Notes under the pieces: generated by a model
Seen by the model: only the letters and a program-made list of their open reading frames with translations
What the model was told of the DNA's origin: nothing
Database searches by the model: none
Made by a program: the position numbers and the translations under genes
NCBI RefSeq assembly: GCF_964194025.1
Contig: NC_134479.1
Coordinates: forward strand, 17,794,001 to 17,858,000
Source of the DNA: Convolutriloba macropyga
Lineage: Eukaryota
DNA: 64,000 nt
Direction of reading: 5' to 3'
In this document: piece after piece, positions 25,101-36,200 of the stretch
Numbering within the stretch: the stretch's first letter is position 1
Layout of the letters: each line of letters opens with the position of its first letter

Positions 25101-27201
25101 CTTAAATTCAGCAGCTAAAAATTGAATATGACAGAATATTAGCCCACGCAAAAAGGCACGAGCTTAACGGTCACTCGAAAAGCCGAAACGGTCCAGCAAA
25201 AAAACTTGCATGCAGAAGTTACACGTTTACAGTAATTGCTTCCAACTTCCTTCGAGAGCAAAAACAGCAAGGATTATAGATGCCCTCAAACAGAAAAACA
25301 ATCCTGGGTAAATACATAGAAAACAGAATTGTCAACTATAAAAGGCTATGACGCCCAACTAAGAAAATTACCTTGAAATTTGAAATCAGGTTACGCTGAT
25401 TCAGAAGACATAAAAAAATGATTCAGGGGAAGTAATTACTGTTTATTAGAAACCAACTGAGCGTTCACAATGCTTATACGTACAGTTCGAAAACAAGCAA
25501 AGTTCGGAATGAAAAAAAAAAGATTCTCAACGTTTAAGAAGCGAACGAATGCGCCTCGGCTGAAAAAGAACCTATAGAAGAGCAGTACTCCTACTTGAGT
25601 CATAAAAATTCGTTAGAATAGTCAACTCGGGTCGACGAAAAGCAATTAGACAAAACATTGCATTCAATATAACAAAGTTCAGTCTTTCAGATTTCTGTCG
25701 TTCAGTATTTTGGGTGAATCAAACAGTCTGAGACCTGAGACTTTACCAGTTTATCTCGTTTTTCAAGACGATATGTCACGAAAAACTATCGAAGAGACCA
25801 AAAACCGGCCGCACGAAGAAAAAGGCATATAAAAGACCAGCAGTACAAAAATTATTGCTATAGACTTCACTTAGGAACCATAATGTAGCCTAATTCATTA
25901 AAATTAGAAACAAATAATTTCAACGGCTGCATTGAAAACAAAAATAAGGGATACTAAATTGATATGATCAACCAATTTCAAATCTGCTATCATCAACATA
26001 AGATTAAATCTGTTAAATACTGCATAATATGCGAAATTTACGAATCACTTGCAAAGTTAACAATTGGATTTCCAATTTTGGATCGAGTTTTCATTTATAA
26101 AAGAGGAACGGGGCAATGCAATGAATAATTAAACTTTTACTATATATTCGCATCATTTTCATTAATTGCACCGTTAAGGAAGATTTAACACATGTAATGC
26201 ACAAACGATCAAAGTGAATGTTCAATTATGCACTGGTTCGGAGCAATGATCAAGCGCATGTCTAATGATCAAGCGCAATTATTTGCGAAATGCTTACAAA
26301 ATAGCAAAAAATGTCTATTCGTGTTCAAAATTGTTAGGCAAGCATTTCGTTCTGATTCTCATTCGGCTCTGCGCCATTTAGGCTCTAATTTCTAGCTCGG
26401 GTACTGCAAATTTGAATACTGAAGAGTTGATAAATAACTTTGCTACATCAACAGTTCCCTCTCTCCCATTACAACATGACTACCACAATATTTAGTAGTC
26501 TTTCATTGATATAAATCATTTATTGGGTTAAAGAGTTAGCACAGCAAAAAAGTTGACCATTAGTTTGTTCACACACGCTAACAAGAAAAAGGTTATCCGA
26601 AAGTAAAGGGAAGATTAAGGGGAAGGTTATCCGACGATAACAGTATTCATAAAGACATCCGCGTCTGAAATATTACAGATTTTGATACGGTTCATAAATC
26701 TTTTACGTAACATTAGCTAATTCATAAAATGGATCATATAGCAGCGTGTGCAGCAAATTTGTGGTAAAGGTCCATTAACATTACCCGCTACCGTCGGGCG
26801 AATTGCTCTCAAACGACTGGCGAGCGGTTGCCTTTGTCAGAAGCTGGCTGTGGCTTTGGGAGGCTAGCTTGAGCCTAATTGAGGTGGGTGGGGTGAGTGT
26901 GCAGGGAGTGGTGAGAACTGCCCGGGGTTCCGAGTGTCTGAGGTGGAGGGGGCGGGAGGTCGAAGTTGTGGGTTTATGATTTGATAACTCAGTATTGATA
27001 ACTCAAAATAAGAACCAACAGGACTAATATAATTGCTATAAACTTCGTTTGAGAGCAATTAAACAACAGACTTTATTTGAGAGCAATTAATAACAGCAAA
27101 TAGGAACTTGTTTTTGAAGTTTATTTATTGCATCATTCGAGGGTTTAATCAAGTCTCAATTGTGCATAGCCAGCTCCTTTTTCACGACTCTTATAAATCA
27201 A

Positions 27202-29293
27202 CTACAAAGAATTCAGCTCTCCAATTCGCTGCTCCCAATATAAACCATCTGAAGGCAACCTCTTGTTGAACGGAAACAGGAAATACAAAACAGGAACTGA
27301 GGTCCCGAAAACTTGACGGATATTTGCGCGCCAACCCCGAGAATACTGTCTCACGTCATGCAGGGCTTCATACGACGTCTGACCTTCGAACAGTAAATTG
27401 AGCAACCATCCACTGTAGAAAATTGAAACAACAAGAATGGCAAAATTCAACTGCAGGACCAAAATGAGAGCAAATGTTAAAGTGTGTCCGTAGAAAATCA
27501 GCCCGATGCACCATCCAGGTATGCATAAGACGAGGAGGTACCAGGCATGTGTCATTTCGTCGATGGCGTACAGGTGGTAGTCCACAATGACGTCATAAGA
27601 CTGGATCATCACAATCATCGATATGTAGAGCAGATAGAATGTGAACACGAAGAAATATCTAAAACAAAAACCATTTTGAAATATCGTCCATTTTATTTTT
27701 TTTTGAACTAAATCTTTTTATAATACATATGATATGTTACTGTCTATTAAAGATCTCATTGTTATCATAACTTGGCAAATAGCTGTATTTACCGAGTATA
27801 TCTCCACAATTCACTTTTTTTGCTCACAAGATGAAAAATCGCCAATATGCTATGGATGAAACTTCTAACAGCTTGCTCAATTAACTCAAAACTGGATTAA
27901 TCCGTTACCACTGATCACTCAAACTTTGTAATAATGCTATAACTAAAATAACAATACTAAAAATTAGTCATTATTTTCTGCGGATAGTGTCACATATTTC
28001 CCTAGCATCAAAAGAACTAATTTTTGAGGACTTCCTTCCGCAGAAACATTCTCAATTAGCACAAATTGATTTTATTACAACTTACTTCAGTCCCGAGAGA
28101 GATGATAAACGCGCGCTGATCTACAATGTGTCTTTTTAATCAGCAACTAGATCAGACTTGAAACCTGTCCCTACAATTTACTCCTCCAAACCCTTAATCC
28201 ATAGTTCTTAAAAGTTGATTTTTGGTTGTTTTGTCTTAAGCCCTAAATCAATTCCGACTATTTTTTTCAAAATCCCCAGTGGTAATACGTCTGATTCCAA
28301 ATCTTTCTGCTCAATCTGTAAAGTCTACACTCTTCTCTTTCTTCCAGTTGCATGCTTTTCAAAACTCGGAATTTAGTTTATTTCGCAAGAATAGATGACA
28401 AAATTTTTAATATTTCGTCCATATTTTATATGAATAGTACTCAAGTTCAAGGCAAAAACTGACGTAAACTGCAATATAGTGATGAAATATTGTCGATATA
28501 ACCCAAAAATCTCTAAGCATAATTTTTCGAGCATAATTTTTCGACTCTAATATGTATAATGTATCTAATATGAATCTAGTATCTCGGAATTTAGTATATG
28601 TGGGCATACAAATTACAAAAACTTAAAATTACAACAGCTGCACCGCGCTGCCAAAACACTGCCGTCAACAAGTTAAATTGCTTTCTAGTTGAGAGCAATG
28701 AGAAAACGTCGCATAAGAAATGGTCAGACAAAAACTGGTAGCACGAAAAATCGCAAATGCCATCCGGACTAACAAATAATTGCAACAGACTTCCCCTGAG
28801 AGAAATTATGAACTTAATCAAAATTAGATTACTCACCGCATGTTGAAATGCCCAATACATGTCGAAAAGAGAAAGCAATGATGATCGCGTTTCAACACAC
28901 ATTTGTTGCACTCAAAACAGTGCGTGCATCTAGGAGGTCGCTCGTGGTTGCAAACAAGACAAAAGGTCCAGTTCGATTTGAACAGATTCGGATCCGAGGT
29001 CCTTACGCCTTCGAATGAACTGTTCACTGAACAAGTTTTGTACCAGTTCAGTAGAACTTGGACCAACGCAAACCCGAATATCAACCCATGCGTGAATCGC
29101 GAGTCCTTTGAATACAAATTGGGGTGCAGGTACAAATAAGTTGCCATCGTGTTGACAAACAGATACAAACCCATGAATACAATTGTAGCCGTTGCTAGAG
29201 CTGGCGAGTTTTTAGGCGATTTTTTGTGTCTGATAAAATCGCTTCGTAACTCGTGGCTTGAAGTGACTTTCTTCGGAAGGTTGGGTACGAAAC
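27202..29293 (-). CDS. DHHC-type palmitoyltransferase (ZDHHC22/24-like); exons 29293-28837 and 27658-27202, 5' end unresolved
   Basis: CLVCNHERPPRCTHCFECNKCVLKRDHHC..CIGHFNMR joins via a phase-2 GTGAGT..AG intron (28836-27659) to YFFVFTFY. Downstream are TM helices, QTSYE (TTxE-like) and YSRGWRANIRQVFG (PaCCT-like). Confidence 0.92.
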
Positions 29294-30211
29294 CTTAAAA
29301 AATACAAAATGAGAAACAACGAGTTGCAAAAAAATTGCCTTTAACTGTCATCAAACTCTAAACAATCATGGAACCGTTCAAAATCACTTCGGAACCGTTC
29401 ATATTTGACTATATGCGACATGGAGATTAAAAAGTTTAAGACTTTGATAAGCTGAAGATATCTTTCAAAAAAGTTCCAAAATGCATAATTTTCTTTGGTC
29501 AGTCCGTATAGCCGCTGCGGCCATTAAAACTAATACCCGTTTTTCAGAGAGAACAGACATCTTAGAATGTTTTCAGTAATCGATGGTTAACTGTCATCGA
29601 ACTCCAAAACAATCAAGAAACCTTTCGAACCGGTTATATTTGACTATATGCGAGTTTTTTTTTGAAAATTCTTTTATATTTCGCCACATATATCAGTCGC
29701 ACAAAATTGGCAAACCAAAAAAGGGACATTCATAATCAATGGTTGTAATGCTAGTTAATTATAAGATCTGAATTATACCAGGTTTCGTCGGCAAATTTCT
29801 TGAAAGAAGTTAAAACTAATTTTAGCATAATCAAAGTACCACGCCCACGTTCGGAAAAATCGAAAGCAGACTACTTAGCCACAGCAGCCCTGCTGTACAC
29901 AGAGAGTTTTACCTGCGTGGTTTGCATGACTATGGCTGTGGTCGCAGCATTGCTGTTGAGATGTTGCATGTATGCCGATTTCGACACTGTTGTGAACTGT
30001 TTCTGCTCCCATTGCAGCCATGTAGTAATATTGCACAAACTAATCTGAAAGTAGTATCATCACTCATATTCTACTACACTAAAATTATTGTACGTTACAG
30101 ATCAGGGCATAAAAAAACTGCAGCAAGTCTTCACAACTAACAAAAGATTGTTTATCAAACTCTAAACTGAACTAATATTTACAGCTATTTAACAAATAAA
30201 AAAGGACGAAA

Positions 30212-33200
30212 TTAAAAATTGTCGTGATCGGCGTTGTTATCGGTCACATACATCTCTCGATTCTCATAGTTCCAGAATCCATTCAAATCGATCAGAATAT
30301 TTGTTACTGTTTCGCCCTGCCCACTCGATATAAGGTCATCAAATGTTATCTTAAGAGGATCTGCAGGTTTCACCATATCGAAGATTTCGTCTTTGATGTC
30401 TTCGAAGGCTACAGGTTCCTGTTCGTGTTGGCGTAGTTGGTCCTATAAACAACAGTTAACGCTGAGCTGCAATCATTAGATTCAAATAGGGTTTAGAGCG
30501 AAAATTATGCAACGATATTGATCCATTACAGTCTCAATGAAAAAGTTAGTATCAATTAGTTCAATAAATCGCTGAAACAATCTGTTGTCTTTTAAAGACA
30601 CGAATAACACGGATTCTATCATTTAAAACTATTTATTAAAATCAGAGACACAACGAACTTGAGGATTTCTTTGCAAAACAATTGGTTGGGTAATCACGAC
30701 TCCAAAAGATCGATAGATTTTCAATCCAATGGCAATTTTTTTCCCGAAATCAGAAGCCAACACAAATATTGCCGTCAAAAATGGGAAAATAGCCGCCGTT
30801 GACCCGCTTGACGCACATTGTGATTGAAACAAAAAAAAACATAACCGGCAGATTGCCGGAATAGAGCTGCCTGCCGTATCATATAAGACAGAAACAGATA
30901 CAGACCTAAATTGAAAAAAAATCGACGCCGCTCAAAACGCTAGGTACAAAACATTCAGCCATAAATTAATTAAGCTTGTTATAATTCATTCTGCAGAAGC
31001 CTTTTATTAGGGACCTTTACTGCACATAGTCTAAGGTCAAAGGAAAGCATAACTTTTAAAGCGCAAGTCATTTTATTGTGTGAGGTAAGTCACGTATGAT
31101 CAAACTCTAATCACGCAAATGAACTTTGCTATAGAATTTTCATTGAGTAGACAGAAAACTAGACCTAGAACGGACTATGAGTGAATTGGGAAAACCATTT
31201 CCAAAAAAAATATCCAAGGAAAAATTGGTTCAAACAAAAAAGTTGGCCTAGCATGAACTATGAATGGAATGGGAAAACCATTAAAAAAATCCGATCCAAA
31301 AAATTGAAAAAAAAACAGTGAAAATCAAATTGAAATTGCCGCATGTGAACAAAAAATCACTAGCGAGAAAGCGAAATTTTGTTCAAACACCATTTTCTCA
31401 CTCTACTTTATTCACCCCGCAAAACCACTCGCTTTTTCGCTTAATTTCCTGTTTCAGCGTGATCAAAATCACTACTGCCATTTGACTTCAAAAATCATGA
31501 AAATATGTGAACAGAACTTTAAAAAAAGACAGCGCCCCAATACAATTCAAATTATTTGAATTGTGATAAGCCAAGAGCACCGCAACATAGCTCCACTCAG
31601 CATGCAGCTTCGCAGCTATAATAAGAGAGAAATTGACAGAATTTTTTTGAGTGTCAATTTTTTGTATTTGGTTTGCATATTCGGTTAGATTCCAAATTAC
31701 ACTTAGTTCGTGTTGTTTAAATTCTTTTTCCGACTACCGAGAGTTAACTAATTAGTAACCTATTTTAGTCCATTTTTTAAAATTGCCGTTGACATTACGA
31801 ACGTCTTTGTTAAATCTTCCGACGCCAATAAATTTGGATCACTCTTGTTCACAAGAGGAATGACCGAATAAAACGATTTGGATCATGCCTGAATTGATCT
31901 GAAGAAGTAATGAAGAGAGAACACGTCCAAGTAGCCAAGGTTTCTGATATCCAGAAGCTTAAAGATGTATTGCAAGGCTTGCGGTTCTCGTCTATTTTCC
32001 AGAGCCAGAACAAAGTCCAGATATGTCTTGTAGTCCATTTCACCTTCGTATGTTAAGCATTCCTGTCAACAGAAAACAAAGGACATCAAAAAGTTGTTAT
32101 TTTCCAGGATTAATCTTCTGAAATCTTTTGATACAAAAGGGCTGAAAACCATCTGTAACTATTTTTTAACAAAAATGACGTCTTTTGATGGAAAATAAAA
32201 CCAACTTCCAATATTCGATCGCATCTCAAAATTAAAATACCATTGCTTTGTATAGCAAATTGGGCATGTCATATTGATTGTTCCAATAAAAATGCATATT
32301 TTTTGTACAAACCTGAAAAATCCTGTCCAGAAAAGCCTGGGTCAATGTTCCAGTGCCATAATGAGCCAGCTCTTCTTTACTCAACATTCCATTATGATCT
32401 TTGTCCAAGTTCAAGTAATCGCCATACACTCTTAGTGCCGACGTTGCAGAGAACCAGTTATTGTTCAAGGATTCCTTCGTCAACTCTTCGTCTCTGAGCT
32501 CAAGAAGATCATCCAGGAAACTGCAGGCTAATATGTCTTGAATTTTAATTTTCCCGGATCGCATTGGATCGAGGAAGAAAAAGAACTTGCGCACCGCAGA
32601 GCAAACGTAAAACGAAAAGAATGTCTGGTCCAATTTTCCTAACTGAGGCAGAGTCGGAATCAGTTCCAGTATGTAGTTCTCAAGATCACTTTCCTTTAAG
32701 TAGCCCTGAAATAAATTTCGAAATTGAAACATAAACCGACCGGGATTCCAACTATTGACCTCCCGCTCCCTCACCAGAGGCACTGCCCACTAGGCTATTA
32801 GGCCCTTCTTGTTCCTTGAGAAGTCAAAGAATGTTCTAGAAAAGCGCAAAATGGTTAAGCAAAAAAATTGCATAAAAAAGACGTTTACTATAATTGCTAC
32901 GAAATTCGTTCGAGCGCAATTAAACACTCCATGGTTCTTTCTTCTGAGAAGCCCCCAGCTTGGGGCTAAAGTATATAGCTCCTCTCCAAATACCAAATTA
33001 CCGTCAATATACTATAATGACCTGGCAAAATCGGGTGGGTGCTATTCCGAGAGGGCAATAAATGGATGGGGGCTATAGTCAGGAAAGTCTGCCTCTTTGT
33101 GAAAACTCAAAACTCTGTACCATTTTTCAAATAACTAGTTTTCATATGTGATTTTGCTTACAGTCCTACTATTATAAGACCTGAAGGCAATTTTCAAGTA

Positions 33201-36200
33201 ATTAAAACAATTCTACAATTAAGGACTCGAACCTGGCCAGCAACGTCGTACAAGCTCAGTCCAATTCTGGTCTGATGCAACCACACTTTCCGCATCACAT
33301 AATTGAAGAAGTTCATGATTGATATTCTTCCGTAAGGATCACTTTGATATAGCTTAGCAAACACACTGGGCGAAAAGAAGGGTTTGCACTTTTCTCCCGC
33401 CTTGTCTGCTACTTTTGTGAAGTCTTCGTACGTAATCATTTGATCGTCACCGACTCCAAACCCACTCACACTTGAAGGGTTAGAAGAGTAGTTTTGCTCC
33501 AATAAGTACCAAAGATTTTGTAACTCCTCGTTGTCTAAAAATGTATAGCGATTCTATCGTTTTTCTTCTACAAATAAGATCTCCGCATTAATTTCAAAAA
33601 TCTATTAACACATTTTGATCACAAGGATGTGGAAAACTTATTGCAATTATTTGGCATTAGAAAAAGAAAAACAATCACGAAATCAACGAAACTTGCGTCA
33701 ATAGCAAAATTGATCAAAAGGCTATTCACTCGCAATGTTAATGTACAGGGATAACCATAACTCTTCCAATTTAACTTCTAGTGAAAAACAACCATAATTC
33801 AATGGACAATGGTAACGTTTTCGGCTCTCTTGTTGGTCTGAAGAAAATTTTTAAGTCAATAAAAAACACGCGCAAACATTTTGATTATTATCGAACCAAG
33901 TGCCGGAAGTTCATGACCGAAGTTCCCTACATTCATTAACTATGGCCACTTCATCACGGGAAAGATCCTGTCTTTATTTCACAAAGATAATTTGCAACAA
34001 AATGAACAAACTCGACGCTAGCCTTTCCAATGAGAAAGTTGCTATAGTTGATGGATGTAGGGTTACGGCCAAGATTTAATGATTACGCTAGTTAAACTAA
34101 AATTTTTTATCATAGCCTAAAAAACTCATCGTGCCAAACTTTTTTCGCAAAATGACTGCAAATAAATCACTGTATCAGTTCAACATTAAAACAAAATTCT
34201 TCGGTCATACAGCTAACAATTCAGAGATCCTTTAGGAATGCGAAAAAGCAATCACTAATGAATTATTTACGATATTAAAAAAAGAATCCTAATACCAAAT
34301 CAATAAAGGAATATTTCTCGTTACTGCTAAGGGATGGCAACCTAAATATCTTCAGACATAATGACATTCTAAAAATACACAAAACTTCAGTTCCACTTTT
34401 AGGTCTCTTATCGACATCGATACCACAATTTGAGTTAAAGCAACAGCTATTAAAATCTTAAAGTGTACTCTCAAATCAAGACAGACAAAGATTAGGGTCG
34501 AATTAAAATAATTTTCGTTCACATGATCTAGCCAGTGAAAAAGGAGTATCAAGTTAGCTTAAAAATATGCCAGCGAATACGCCAATTAATAATATCGCTG
34601 GGATCTGGTCAAGATGCAATCAATGAACGAAAAAGCGGCACATGCACTTCATTGTCCTGTGGGGTAAAAACATTTGATACTCAACGAAGTGGGGGATTAC
34701 TCCGCAAAACAATTGGTTTGGTAATCAAGACTCCAAAAAACCGATAGATTTTCAATCCACTGGCAAAAATTTATCCCGAAATCAGTAGCCAACACTTTAA
34801 ATATCAGGAATCGGTCAAAAAAGCAGCAAATAGTAATTGATGTTGACAGAACCCCATTCTATCCACTCATCTCCGCATGCACTGGTGGAGCTGGAACATC
34901 AGCTTCAAGACATCTGAGAATATGTTAAAAGTTATCTAGACAGATCAAAAAGACTGTAAATGCTGACACTATAACTTACCTCAGAGCAAAACTTGGCTTT
35001 GTCCTTTTAAGGTCCATACTTTACATCCGAGGCTACAGTACACCAATTCGGTGCGAGTTTACTGACGTTTCATTAACAGTAGTTGTGGAAGAAGTGAGGC
35101 TATTATTTTAATTCATCACCACGTCTTCTTAGAATTTAGCTATCAGATTTGCTGTCATTGAATTTCTTTTCAGTATTCGTCATTTCTCCATATAATTATG
35201 CATCTTCATTTTATAGATAGAGAGATAAAATATTTAAAAACCGATTGCTGCATGTAGAAATAGCTTGAAAGGCACCGGGCCAGGGTTAGAAGGCACCTAG
35301 ATTACTTTCTAAACTACTTTCTATTAAACTGAAATCTCAGAAAACTTATTGTAACTCGAGTTTTACCCAAAGATGCACGCGGATGGTTCTGTTGTATTCA
35401 ACAATATCGTCTCAGACAACGCAAATTCATCACCAAAACTTTGTATGTCCAACTGTTTTTAATTGCAACTTATTAGTGATGGTAGACTATATTGGAAACC
35501 ATTCTTCCAATCAACCATTTGTCAGCGGAGGCCTAGCTATACCCATCTGACGTTCTCCTTTATGCCAGCTATCTATTAGAGCAATTTTGGGGGCGCTAAC
35601 TATTTTGGTTTTCTCAGGCTTTTGTTTTAAAGATTTTAAGTCAGGATGCTCGAAAGAGTTCTTTTGGCAATTTTGAGTCTATCTCCAGAAATAAAAGTTT
35701 TGTGCAGCAAATGTTTTATTCACAAGTCATCTGAGCTGTAGCTATCGTTCTCTCTGTTCTGAGAGTGGCAATTAGATCAGAGCACAACATTTGATGTTAA
35801 ATATTTGCACGAGATAAAGTAAGAACATTGTACAATTTAATCTTTATAATCCCGGATGTTTATGGGCGTGTGAATGAGTTAAACTTTACTAACAATGGGG
35901 TAAATGCACGCGCATGGATTGTACAAATATGTTTAAGCATGGCACGAATGTATGAGGGGCATGACACTCCCACTTCTTCAGAAAAAAAATTAATGTCAAG
36001 TTTTCAATTTTCAGTTTTCAATGTCTTCTGATCTTAATTTATTCGCAATGAACTGTGATTCTGACGAGGCGCAGGCTGTCAGTTCTGTGTGCGAATCATC
36101 ATCCAGCGAGAAACACCAGAGAAATGTTGTCTGGGCGAGAGGGCTATGGAATTTTGTGTCAGCTGGAAGTGTGTCGTCTGTTCCAGAGGTGACCCGTGAG

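Noticed and set aside
26820-26970. G-rich island as promoter of the cryptic minus-strand gene
   Set aside because: Composition only; no TSS or motif evidence.
29779-29828. Candidate first coding exon of the DHHC gene (MLKLVLTSFKKFADET)
   Set aside because: Its GT donor is phase 2, whereas the 29293 exon needs phase 1 to stay in frame; left unresolved.
31849-32043. ORF-track peptide MKWTTRHIW...
   Set aside because: Wrong frame of PPP2R3C exon 4.
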